Shown here in pieces: positions 55,798 to 64,000 of a DNA stretch of 64,000 nt. Under the pieces are notes generated by a model. It searched no databases, was not told the origin of the DNA, and saw only the letters and a program-made list of their open reading frames with translations. How positions within the stretch are numbered: position 1 is the stretch's first letter; each line of letters opens with the position of its first letter. This DNA comes from an uncultured Verrucomicrobiae bacterium (GTDB lineage Bacteria; Verrucomicrobiota; Verrucomicrobiia; Chthoniobacterales; UBA10450): positions 32,001 through 96,000 of the forward strand of contig CAWFGO010000003.1 of assembly GCA_963815455.1 (NCBI GenBank), written 5' to 3'. A program made the translations under genes and the position numbers.

Positions 55798-56593
55798 TCA
55801 TTTTTTGTTCGACAGGCGAGACGCCTGCCGGCCCCACAGGCTGGGAGACTGGGCTACGGTTGATGCGCCGGCGAGCTTTTGCTCAAGCGCTTTTGCGTCT
55901 TCGGGCGTATCAACGCCCGGCGATCCATGTTTGGTGACGAGCACATGAACAGTTACACCATTTTCAAGCGCGCGCAATTGTTCGAGCGATTCCGTGCGTT
56001 CCAACGGGCTCGGTTTCCATTTCACAAACTGCAACAATCTTTCGCGTCGGAATCCGTAAATGCCTTGATGTCGAAAATATCTTGCCTGTGATGGATCGCG
56101 CGGGAAGGGGACCGCTGCGCGGGAGAAGTAAAGAGCGTTTCCGCTAAGTTCGACAACGACCTTTACCTGATGCGGCGAGGAAGCATCGGCGCGGTTCGGA
56201 AACGGATGAGCGGCGGTGACGATGTCGATCCTGCGATCGTCGCGGAGTTTTTCCACGATCCGATCGATCAAACGCGGATCGATCAGTGGCTCGTCGCCCT
56301 GGATATTGATGACGTAGGCGAACTGCTTCGCCTTTTTCGCGACTTCGGCGATCGCGATCGGTTCCGCTCTGATGTTTCGGCGAGGTCAAGGCAACTTCCG
56401 CGCCCCAATCGAACGCCGCGTGCGCGATCCGCATGTCGTCGGTCGCAATGATCACCGAATCAAGATTTTTCGAGCGCATGCAGCGTTCCCAGACGTGTCG
56501 CAGCAAAGGTTTGCCCGCAATCGGACAAAGCGGTTTGCCCGGGAACCGGCTTGATGCCCAGCGCGCTGGAATGATTCCGACTGCTTTATTCAT
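55798..56593 (-). CDS. kdsB: 3-deoxy-manno-octulosonate cytidylyltransferase (frameshifted)
   Basis: [45 protein letters not shown]. Confidence 0.93.
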
Positions 56594-56698
56594 GCGATAA
56601 CGTCGTCATCCTGAGCGAAGCGGAGTCGAAGGATCCCGTCGCGCTGGCTCCCGGTTGCGCATCGGGATTCCTCGACTTCGCTCGGAATGACCGGGAGA

Positions 56699-57241
56699 TC
56701 ATTGTGGTCGTTTCAAAATCAAATTTACAGCGGCGTTCAAATTATCCGCCACAAAGTCGGCGAGTCGGTTGTCGGTTTCTTTCCCATAACCGGTGCGGAC
56801 CAAAATTGTTTTCACGCCGGCGTTGCGGCCGCATTCGAGATCGCTTTTCTTGTCACCGACGAAAAACGAACGGGCAAGATCGACATCGTGATCGCGCGCG
56901 GCTTGAAAAATCATTTCCGGCGAAGGTTTGCGGCATTTGCAGCCGTCTGCGGGCAGATGCGGGCAAAAGTAGGTGGCGTCAATGACGTTGTCGCCAATTT
57001 GCCGCGAAATCTCCCGCTCCACCGCGCGATATTGCGATTCGCCAAAATATCCGCGGCCGATGCCACTTTGGTTGGTGATCACGATCAATTTGTAGCCCGA
57101 TTGTTTCAATTCGCGCAGCGCTTCCGATACACCGTTGAAAAGATCGACATCTTTCGGGTCGCCGCAGTAATCCACGTCGCGCATTAGCGTCCCGTCACGA
57201 TCCAGGAACACGGCTTGCCTTTTCGCGTTACCGGAAATCAT
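56699..57241 (-). CDS. gmhB: D,D-heptose 1,7-bisphosphate phosphatase
   Basis: FLDRDGT, ITNQSGI, CPH...C.CRKP, VGDK.SD. Confidence 0.92.
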   Translation of the reverse strand: MISGNAKRQAVFLDRDGTLMRDVDYCGDPKDVDLFNGVSEALRELKQSGYKLIVITNQSGIGRGYFGESQYRAVEREISRQIGDNVIDATYFCPHLPADGCKCRKPSPEMIFQAARDHDVDLARSFFVGDKKSDLECGRNAGVKTILVRTGYGKETDNRLADFVADNLNAAVNLILKRPQ

Positions 57242-57251
57242 TCGCGGCCTC

Positions 57252-57398
57252 TCACTAACACCGGGCTTGAGCCCGGTGGTACCCGATGGACAGTGCTGCG
57301 AACTGTTTCAACAGTTTTCTCCCTTCGATGAGAAACCGTTGAAACGGTTAGAGGTCTTGTTGGCGACGGCACCTGGCTGAAGCCAGGTGTTAATGAGA
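57252..57398. repeat. Composite palindromic intergenic repeat
   Basis: CACCGGGCTTGAGCCCGGTG ... AACTGTTTCAACAGTT ... AACCGTTGAAACGGTT ... CACCTGGCTGAAGCCAGGTG. Confidence 0.65.
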
Positions 57399-57406
57399 AT
57401 GCACGC

Positions 57407-58417
57407 CTAGTGCTTGTCATCATTATCGAAACTGGCGATCAATTCGTCGCGGGAAACGGTAGCGGTACCGAGCTTGCCCACGACAACGGCGCTGGCGAGA
57501 TTGGCGATCTCGGCGGCTTCGACCGGTGTCGCTTCGCAGGCCAGGGCGAGAGTAAAAAGCGCGATGGCCGTGTCGCCCGCGCCTGAAACATCGAAGACCT
57601 GGCGCGCTTTGGTCGGGATATGATGCGGCGGCTGGTTTTTTTGAAACAGCATCATCCCGTGTTCGCCCAGCGTGATCAGCAAATACTTGCTGCCCCATTT
57701 TTTTAGCAACGCTTCACCGGCGCGCACAAGATCGACATCGTCCGCCGGGGAATCGTCCGGGTCGCGCCAGGGAATTCCGGCCGCGAGAAAGGCTTCCGTG
57801 CGGTTCGGTTTCACGGCGGTGAGCCCGCTCCAATCGATAAGATTTCGCGCATTCGGGTCGGCTGCGACGATCTTGCCAGCCGCCTGTGCGTCGCGGGCGA
57901 TCTGCGCCACCAGTTCACTGGTCAGAAGGCCCTTGCCGTAATCTTCAAAAATGATCGCATCGATCTCCGGCAGGCTTTTTTTCACGGCGGCCACCACCTT
58001 TGCGATCTGGGCCGGGGAGAGGCCGGCAATTTGCTCGCGATCGACGCGAACGACCTGTTGCTGCCGGGCGATGATCCGGGTTTTGACGATGGTGTGAAAA
58101 GATTCGTCCTCGATGGCATTGGCGACGTCGATCTTCTGGCCGGCCAGCAAGTCGCGCAATTGCCGGCCACTCCGGTCTTTTCCAAGCAATCCGATGACGC
58201 CTACGCCATCGACGAACTCCCGCAGGTTGCGGGCGACATTGGCCGCGCCGCCGGGATAGAACGATTCGCCGGTTACTTCGACAACCGGCACCGGGGCCTC
58301 CGGCGAGATGCGGCCGACCTTTCCCCAAACGAATTCGTCCAGCATCAGATCGCCAATTACGAGGATTCGTTTGCCTTGTGCGCGGCCAAGAATCTGCTGC
58401 AATCTAGTCAAATCCAT
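57407..58417 (-). CDS. rfaE1: D-glycero-beta-D-manno-heptose-7-phosphate kinase
   Basis: GDLMLD, RISPEAPVPV, GGAANVA, DYGKG, DVSGAGDT. Confidence 0.93.
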   Translation of the reverse strand: MDLTRLQQILGRAQGKRILVIGDLMLDEFVWGKVGRISPEAPVPVVEVTGESFYPGGAANVARNLREFVDGVGVIGLLGKDRSGRQLRDLLAGQKIDVANAIEDESFHTIVKTRIIARQQQVVRVDREQIAGLSPAQIAKVVAAVKKSLPEIDAIIFEDYGKGLLTSELVAQIARDAQAAGKIVAADPNARNLIDWSGLTAVKPNRTEAFLAAGIPWRDPDDSPADDVDLVRAGEALLKKWGSKYLLITLGEHGMMLFQKNQPPHHIPTKARQVFDVSGAGDTAIALFTLALACEATPVEAAEIANLASAVVVGKLGTATVSRDELIASFDNDDKH

Positions 58418-58571
58418 AAAAAAACGACGGGCGATGCCACCGGAGCGAGAAAATGGTTCGATTCAAGGGAGTTAAAATATCATGGTCGGCGATTGTGCGA
58501 AGCCAAGGTTCTGCTTAAAGTTGCTCCATTAATCCTGAATACGAAGACGAAATCAACAGTCGAAGGTCTCC

Positions 58572-59369
58572 ATGAGTCTATTTCTTAAGTATCTGAAACT
58601 GAGTGCCGTGGCCGCAATATTGGGCCCAGCGCTGTGCGCCCAAGCCGCCCCGGCCCCACAACGGATCGATGTAAAACAATTATCCAAGAGGGTGGAGGAC
58701 GTGGTGGTGCCACTGCCGAACGAAATTTTTGGTGCCCTGAACAAGCTGGGCACGGTGAACTGGAAAGAACACGTGCGCAGCGACAAGGGAAGCAATTTTA
58801 CCGAACGGCCCCGCATCGCGCTCTTGCTGGGGACGGTGATTGCCGATGGTTTCATCGCCGTGCAGGCCGAGGACGCGCCGACGGTGAAAGAAATCGGGCA
58901 ACGAGTGCTGGCGTTGTCGAAGGGAATTGGCGTGGGTAATTCCATTACTCCGCATGCCAAGGCCATCATTGAGGCGGCCGACAAACGAAGGTGGGAAAAT
59001 GTGCGCCAGGAACTCGATCGGACCCAGAACAGCGTGCAGCAGGCGATGAACGAAGTGCAGGACCAGAAACTCTCCGAACTGGTGAGTCTGGGCGGCTGGC
59101 TGCGCGGAACACAGGTATTGACCTCCGTGGTGTCGAAGAAGTTTTCCCACGAGGGCGCGGAGTTGCTGCATCAACCGGACCTGGTCGATCATTTTCAGAG
59201 CAAACTCGGGATGCTGCCGGACAATTACAACGTGCCCATCGTGCGCGAAATTCAAGGTGCCCTTTCCGAGGTTAAGCCGTTAATTGACGGCCAAATCTCC
59301 GCTGTTTCGGTGAAAAAAATCAATGAGATCACGACGAAGCTCGATCACGGCATTGTCACGAAAAACTAG
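58572..59369 (+). CDS. Hypothetical secreted alpha-helical protein
   Basis: Signal peptide; 265-aa ORF; ALLLG...ADG and LGGWLRG motifs. Confidence 0.75.
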   Translation: MSLFLKYLKLSAVAAILGPALCAQAAPAPQRIDVKQLSKRVEDVVVPLPNEIFGALNKLGTVNWKEHVRSDKGSNFTERPRIALLLGTVIADGFIAVQAEDAPTVKEIGQRVLALSKGIGVGNSITPHAKAIIEAADKRRWENVRQELDRTQNSVQQAMNEVQDQKLSELVSLGGWLRGTQVLTSVVSKKFSHEGAELLHQPDLVDHFQSKLGMLPDNYNVPIVREIQGALSEVKPLIDGQISAVSVKKINEITTKLDHGIVTKN

Positions 59370-59379
59370 ATTTTCCTCC

Positions 59380-59829
59380 ATGAACCGCTTCGCCAAAATT
59401 GCTGCGCGCCGAGGTTCGATTCTCGCGACGCTGTTCGTGCTTCAGGCGACCGTGGCCGCCTCGGTCGATGACGCGCAATCGTTCGCCCTCCAAGCGGCCG
59501 AGCCTTATGTAAAAGAAGGGTTTCAGGTCCGCGAGGATTATTGGGGCGGCGATCTGGGCGTGGCGGAAAAGAAGGCCGTCCGTCAGCAATTGTTCAAGGG
59601 CAACGAGTACTGGTTCTGGATGGGTACCGACGTCGAGCGAGCCAAGATTTCGGTGCATATTTACGACTCGGAAGGAAAACTGGCCGAGCAATCGGACGGC
59701 TGGGAGAAGGGGCACTTCGCGGCGGCTCATATCATACCGCAGAGCACCGGGAGCTATTTTATCATCGTCAACGTCGAGGAATCCCCAGACGAACGCACTC
59801 ACTGGGCGCTGGTGTACGGTTTCCGCTAA
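59380..59829 (+). CDS. Hypothetical secreted beta-rich protein
   Basis: Signal peptide; QLFKGNEYWFW...IYDSEGK...TGSYFI; apparent operon with the upstream gene. Confidence 0.7.
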   Translation: MNRFAKIAARRGSILATLFVLQATVAASVDDAQSFALQAAEPYVKEGFQVREDYWGGDLGVAEKKAVRQQLFKGNEYWFWMGTDVERAKISVHIYDSEGKLAEQSDGWEKGHFAAAHIIPQSTGSYFIIVNVEESPDERTHWALVYGFR

Positions 59830-59899
59830 GAGCGCGAGTGAATCGATTGTCGATCTTGTTTCGAGAGAGGGCGATTAGCAGACGCGGCATCTTCATGCC

Positions 59900-60875
59900 A
59901 TGACCGAAACACGCACATTGGAGTTTGAGAGCCCGCGCACGTTGCAAATGCTGTACGCGAACGATCTTACGCTGCTAAAGAATCTGGAAAACACGCTCGG
60001 AGTGAAAGTGACGACGCGGGAGGGATGGGTAAAACTCGAGGGAGAGCCTGAGAAGATCGACAAGGCACAAAGGGTGTTCAATCAACTGGAAGAGGTTCGG
60101 CAAAAAGGTGTGCCGATCCACAAACATGAATTCAACTACGCGTTGAATTCTGTGACCGAGGCGCGCGACGGCGATCTTGGGGACGTCGTCTCAACGAAGA
60201 TCATCACGTCGTCGCGCAAGCCGCCGATCGTGGCCCGAAGCGCCAACCAGCGCAATTACGTCGAAGCGATTCAAAAGCACGACGTCGTTTTTGGAATCGG
60301 GCCGGCCGGCACCGGCAAGACTTATCTGGCGGTGGCGATGGCGGTCGCGGCGCTCAAGAAAGAACAAATTGCGCGCATCATCCTGACCCGGCCCGGCGGT
60401 GGAAGCGGGCGAGGCCCTTGGATTTCTTCCCGGCGATCTCGAACAAAAGATCACGCCGTATTTGCGGCCGCTTTACGACGCCTTGCGCGACATGTTGGAA
60501 CCGGACGAGATGGAACGAGCCCTGGCCCGGCAGACCATTGAGGTCGCGCCGCTGGCCTACATGCGCGGTCGCACGTTAAGCAACGCTTTTGTCATTCTCG
60601 ATGAAGCGCAAAACACCACCACCGAGCAGATGTTCATGCTGCTGACGCGGATTGGGCTGGGTTCCAAGTGCGTGGTGACCGGCGACGTGACTCAGATCGA
60701 TTTGCCGTCAAACAGGCGCTCCGGAGTAGTGGAAGCGCTCCAGGCCTTGAAAAGTGTGCCCGGAATAGCGACCGTTTATTTCACCGAGCGCGACGTGGTG
60801 CGCCACGAACTGGTCCGCGCCATTATCAACGCCTATCAACAACACCGGTCGCCCGCACCAAACACGCGAAAATAA
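59900..60875 (+). CDS. phoH: PhoH-family ATPase (YbeZ-like; frameshifted)
   Basis: [38 protein letters not shown]. Confidence 0.93.
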
Positions 60876-60893
60876 TTAAGATCGACAATAACC

Positions 60894-62536
60894 ATGCTCG
60901 ATTTCCTCAAACGCAGCCGGCTCATTCGACGCGGACTCGCCTCGAAAAAGACCCGCCGGCGCCGGACGCGCAACGAGCTGCTTCAGAGCCTGGAATGCGC
61001 GAACTACGTCAAGATCGTCATTCTGGCTGGATTCGTTGCCGGACTGGCGTTTCTCATTTTTAGCGGCCAACAACCGGAACCGACGAAGAATTTCGTCATC
61101 GCGCTGCTGTTTCTTGCCGTCGCGGTGACCCAGCTTGTGGATCAACCAGCCCAAGACGTTTTCGCAAAACTCGCGCGTCCTCCTGGTCTTCGGCATTATG
61201 CTCGTGCAACTGGCAGCGACGAAGCTTCTGCTCGGCCTTTGCAACGGCGGCACATTCAAATTCCTGAAGCCGGAAATGGGCGTGTTGATCGCGCCCTATG
61301 CATTCGCGCCGCTGGTGTTGAGCGTGTTGCTCGGGCGAAACCACGGACTTTATGCCGCCGTCTCAGTCAGTCTTTGGAGCAGCATTTTGTTTGGGGCAAT
61401 CGACGCGCCGCTCCTGGTTTGCGGTCTGATCAGCGGATTCACCGCGGTCTATCTCACGCTGCAGGTGCGCCGGCGGAGCAAACTGATCCGGGCTGGTCTC
61501 GGCGTCGGGCTCGCCATCTGGCTGCTCTCACTCGCTTTCGGGCTCATCGGTCCGATTAATCTGTTTCCACCGACCGCGAACGATTGGGGAATGATCGGCG
61601 TGCAAAGCGCGCTGGCCATTGGCAACGGATTGGTTACCGCGATGGTCGTTGGCGGGAGTCTTGCCGATCCTCGAACACCTGTTTCAGATCACGACCGATA
61701 TTTCCTGGCTGGAAGCGTCCGACCTGAATCATCCGTTGCTGCGCCGGATGACGATCGAGGCGCCCGGCACGTATCATCACAGCCTGGTGGTGGCGAACCT
61801 GGCCGAGGCCGCGGCGGAAGCGATCGGCGCAAATGCCACGCTCTGCCGGGTCTGCGCCTATTTTCACGATGTCGGCAAATTGGTTAAGCCGGAATACTTC
61901 ACCGAGAACATGAATTTCGAGCGCAACCCGCACGACGATCTGGCGCCGACCATGAGCGCGTTGATCATCATGGCGCACGTAAAGGAAGGGGTGGATCTGG
62001 CGCTGAAGAACAAACTGAATCTGCGCATCATCGACATCATCCAGGAGCATCACGGCACATCGCTGGTTTATTATTTCTACCAGCGCGCCATTCAACAGCA
62101 GGAAGATGCCCGGGCCGGTGGAAAAATCATGAACATGCGGGCGGAAGACATTCCCGAAGTGCAGGAGGAAAGCTTCCGTTATGGCGGGCCCAAACCGCAG
62201 ACCAAGGAGAGCGCCATCGTCAGTCTCGCCGATATCGTTGAAAGTGCGTCGCGCAGTGTGGAGAAACCAACGCCGCAAAAGATCGAGCAACTCGTCCACG
62301 AGCTCATCGAGGAACGCATCGCCGACGGCCAGTTGGACGAATGCGATCTGACTCTCGGCGAAATCCATGTCATTCGGGAACGGTTCCGTTTTACTCTGAT
62401 GACGATGCTTCACACCCGCATCGCGTATCCGAAACCAGATTCCAAATTTGCCGACGAACGCGATGAATCTTTGCGGCCCGACGTGATGGCAGACACGCGC
62501 AGGCCAGCCAACGCCCCGCCGGTATCGGCCGCATAG
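60894..62536 (+). CDS. 7TM-HD (HDIG) metal-dependent phosphohydrolase, PgpH-like (frameshifted)
   Basis: TM region, then EAPGTYHHS, YFHDVGK, IIQEHHGT, ADIVES, RIAYP. Confidence 0.9.
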
Positions 62537-62568
62537 GTAGGGCGCGACCTCCGGGCGCGCCGACGAAT

Positions 62569-63345
62569 ATGGCAGAGACTAGCGCATCAGTTGAGCGGTT
62601 GCGCGATTACCGCGCTGAAACCGCAATCATACTCGGCTCCGGATTAAGCTCGCTCGTGGGCGATCCGGCCGAGGATCAAATCGTTCCCTACGCAGAAGTT
62701 GCCGGCATCCCGAAACCTTCTGTCCCCGGACACGCGGGTCGTTTCGTTCTTGGCGAGATCGGCAAGGAGCGCGTAATTTTCGCCCAAGGCCGGGTCCACC
62801 TTTACGAAGGACATTCCGCGCGCGATGTCACAGCCGGAGTCCGAATCTTAGCCGAAGCGGGCATCAAACAACTCATCGTCACGAACGCAGCCGGCGCAGC
62901 GAACCCGAGCTTCAAACCGGGCGATTGGATGATGATCACCGATCACATCAATCTGACTGGAACAACGCCGTTGCTCGGCTCGGCACAGTTCATCGATATG
63001 AGCGACGCTTATTCGCCCCGGTTGCAAGAAAACTTCCGGCAAGCCGCCCGCCAGATCGACATCGTCCTGCATGAAGGCGTTTACGCCGCCTTGGTCGGTC
63101 CCCAGTATGAAACGCCAGCCGAAGTGCGAATGTTGCAAAAGCTCGCCGCCGACGCGGTCGGGATGTCCACTGTCTTGGAAGTGATACAAGCCCGCGCTCT
63201 TGGCCTCGAAGTCGCGGGCTTTTCGTGCATAACGAATCTCGCCGCCGGAATTTCCAAAGAGAAGCTCAGTCACGAAGAAGTGCTCGAGACCGGAAAAAAC
63301 GCCGCGGCGGTTTTTGGGCGGCTGCTAAAAGAAACTTTCGCTTAA
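62569..63345 (+). CDS. Purine-nucleoside phosphorylase (trimeric type)
   Basis: ILGSGL, GRVHLYEG, TNAAG, GPQYETPAE, VGMST, TN.AAG, HEEV. Confidence 0.94.
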   Translation: MAETSASVERLRDYRAETAIILGSGLSSLVGDPAEDQIVPYAEVAGIPKPSVPGHAGRFVLGEIGKERVIFAQGRVHLYEGHSARDVTAGVRILAEAGIKQLIVTNAAGAANPSFKPGDWMMITDHINLTGTTPLLGSAQFIDMSDAYSPRLQENFRQAARQIDIVLHEGVYAALVGPQYETPAEVRMLQKLAADAVGMSTVLEVIQARALGLEVAGFSCITNLAAGISKEKLSHEEVLETGKNAAAVFGRLLKETFA

Positions 63346-63502
63346 AGCAACTCGCAGGTGGGCCTGCATCACGTCTTCGTGCGTAAAAGCCGCAACGTTT
63401 ACCCGAAGATAATTCCTGATCGCCTCGTTCCGACTCTCATCGAATCCCTGTCATTAGTGACGTTCATTCATCCGACTTGTGCTGGTGCGCTTAATCGCGA
63501 AG

Positions 63503-64000
63503 TCACAACTGCGGCGGGTGGGCGCGGGGTTCTCGATCTTTCGTCGTGGCCGTTGAAGGCTGCGTGACGAATGGACCGCCTTCCATGGGTGCGGCTTCGC
63601 TGAAACCGACATCGGGCATATCGCTGGGCAGTCCTTCGAGTGGGAATTCTTTCCGTAACGGAAAAAACGGATAGCCATCCCACATCAAAATGCGGCGCAG
63701 ATCGGGGTGATGGTTGAACTTGATTCCCATCATGTCGTAAATCTCGCGCTCGTGCCAATTCGCGGTGGGCCAGATATCGGAAACGGTATCGACCGCGCCA
63801 ATGTCTTCCGAGACCTGCAATTTTAATCTCAGATGGACGGTAAGCGTCATCGAATAGAGTTCGTAGACAATCTCGAAGCGCGGTTCGTCGCCGAAATTGT
63901 CGATGCTGGTGATGTCGATCAGGTAATCGAATGAGAGTTCGTCGCGGCAGAACTTTGCCACCTCCCGCAAATCGCGGGGCAGGATCGAGAATGTCGTTTC
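63503..64000 (-). CDS. nuoC: NADH-quinone oxidoreductase subunit C (5' part outside the window)
   Basis: RFEIVYELYS, ANWHEREIYDMMGI.F..HPDLRRILM, PLRKEFPL. Confidence 0.95.
   Translation of the reverse strand, partial: ETTFSILPRDLREVAKFCRDELSFDYLIDITSIDNFGDEPRFEIVYELYSMTLTVHLRLKLQVSEDIGAVDTVSDIWPTANWHEREIYDMMGIKFNHHPDLRRILMWDGYPFFPLRKEFPLEGLPSDMPDVGFSEAAPMEGGPFVTQPSTATTKDREPRAHPPQL

Noticed and set aside
57238..57423. 61-aa ORF between rfaE1 and gmhB
   Set aside because: It is a translation of a palindromic intergenic repeat.

Overview
A GC-rich bacterial chromosomal segment, most consistent with a soil Verrucomicrobiota (Chthoniobacterales/Spartobacteria-like) genome. That placement is inferred from a VPDSG-CTERM protein, a PEP-CTERM protein, DUF5069 and an 'SRKTHG...dockerin' surface protein. 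Many genes, including core ones (kdsB, sua5, phoH), are broken by single-base frameshifts, which most likely reflects assembly indel errors. From 1 to about 13.6 kb lies an accessory detox/stress block (RND efflux, LysR, cupin, SDR, Tat-exported non-heme haloperoxidase-like hydrolase, FUSC, ADH, Dps) with deletion scars. The rest is mostly housekeeping: accBC, thiE, pfkB, tRNA-Arg, purB, a MacAB-type ABC system, queG, aroK, purE, sua5, pyrG, kdsB, gmhB, rfaE1, phoH, a 7TM-HD phosphodiesterase, PNP and nuoC. Six features stand out. (i) An orphan PafA-type Pup/UBact ligase lies next to a translationally coupled active + catalytically degenerate Deg2-like protease pair. (ii) That block is flanked by two paralogous uncharacterised GT-B-like genes, one of them in an ABC-exporter/acyltransferase operon. 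(iii) An integrase-less integron cassette remnant (attC + Imm53) follows pyrG. (iv) A 61-aa ORF has a sigma54 promoter and a palindromic enhancer. (v) REP-like repeats have been recruited into coding sequences. (vi) A REC-DUF4388-REC protein carries a duplicated, unrecognised C-terminal module.
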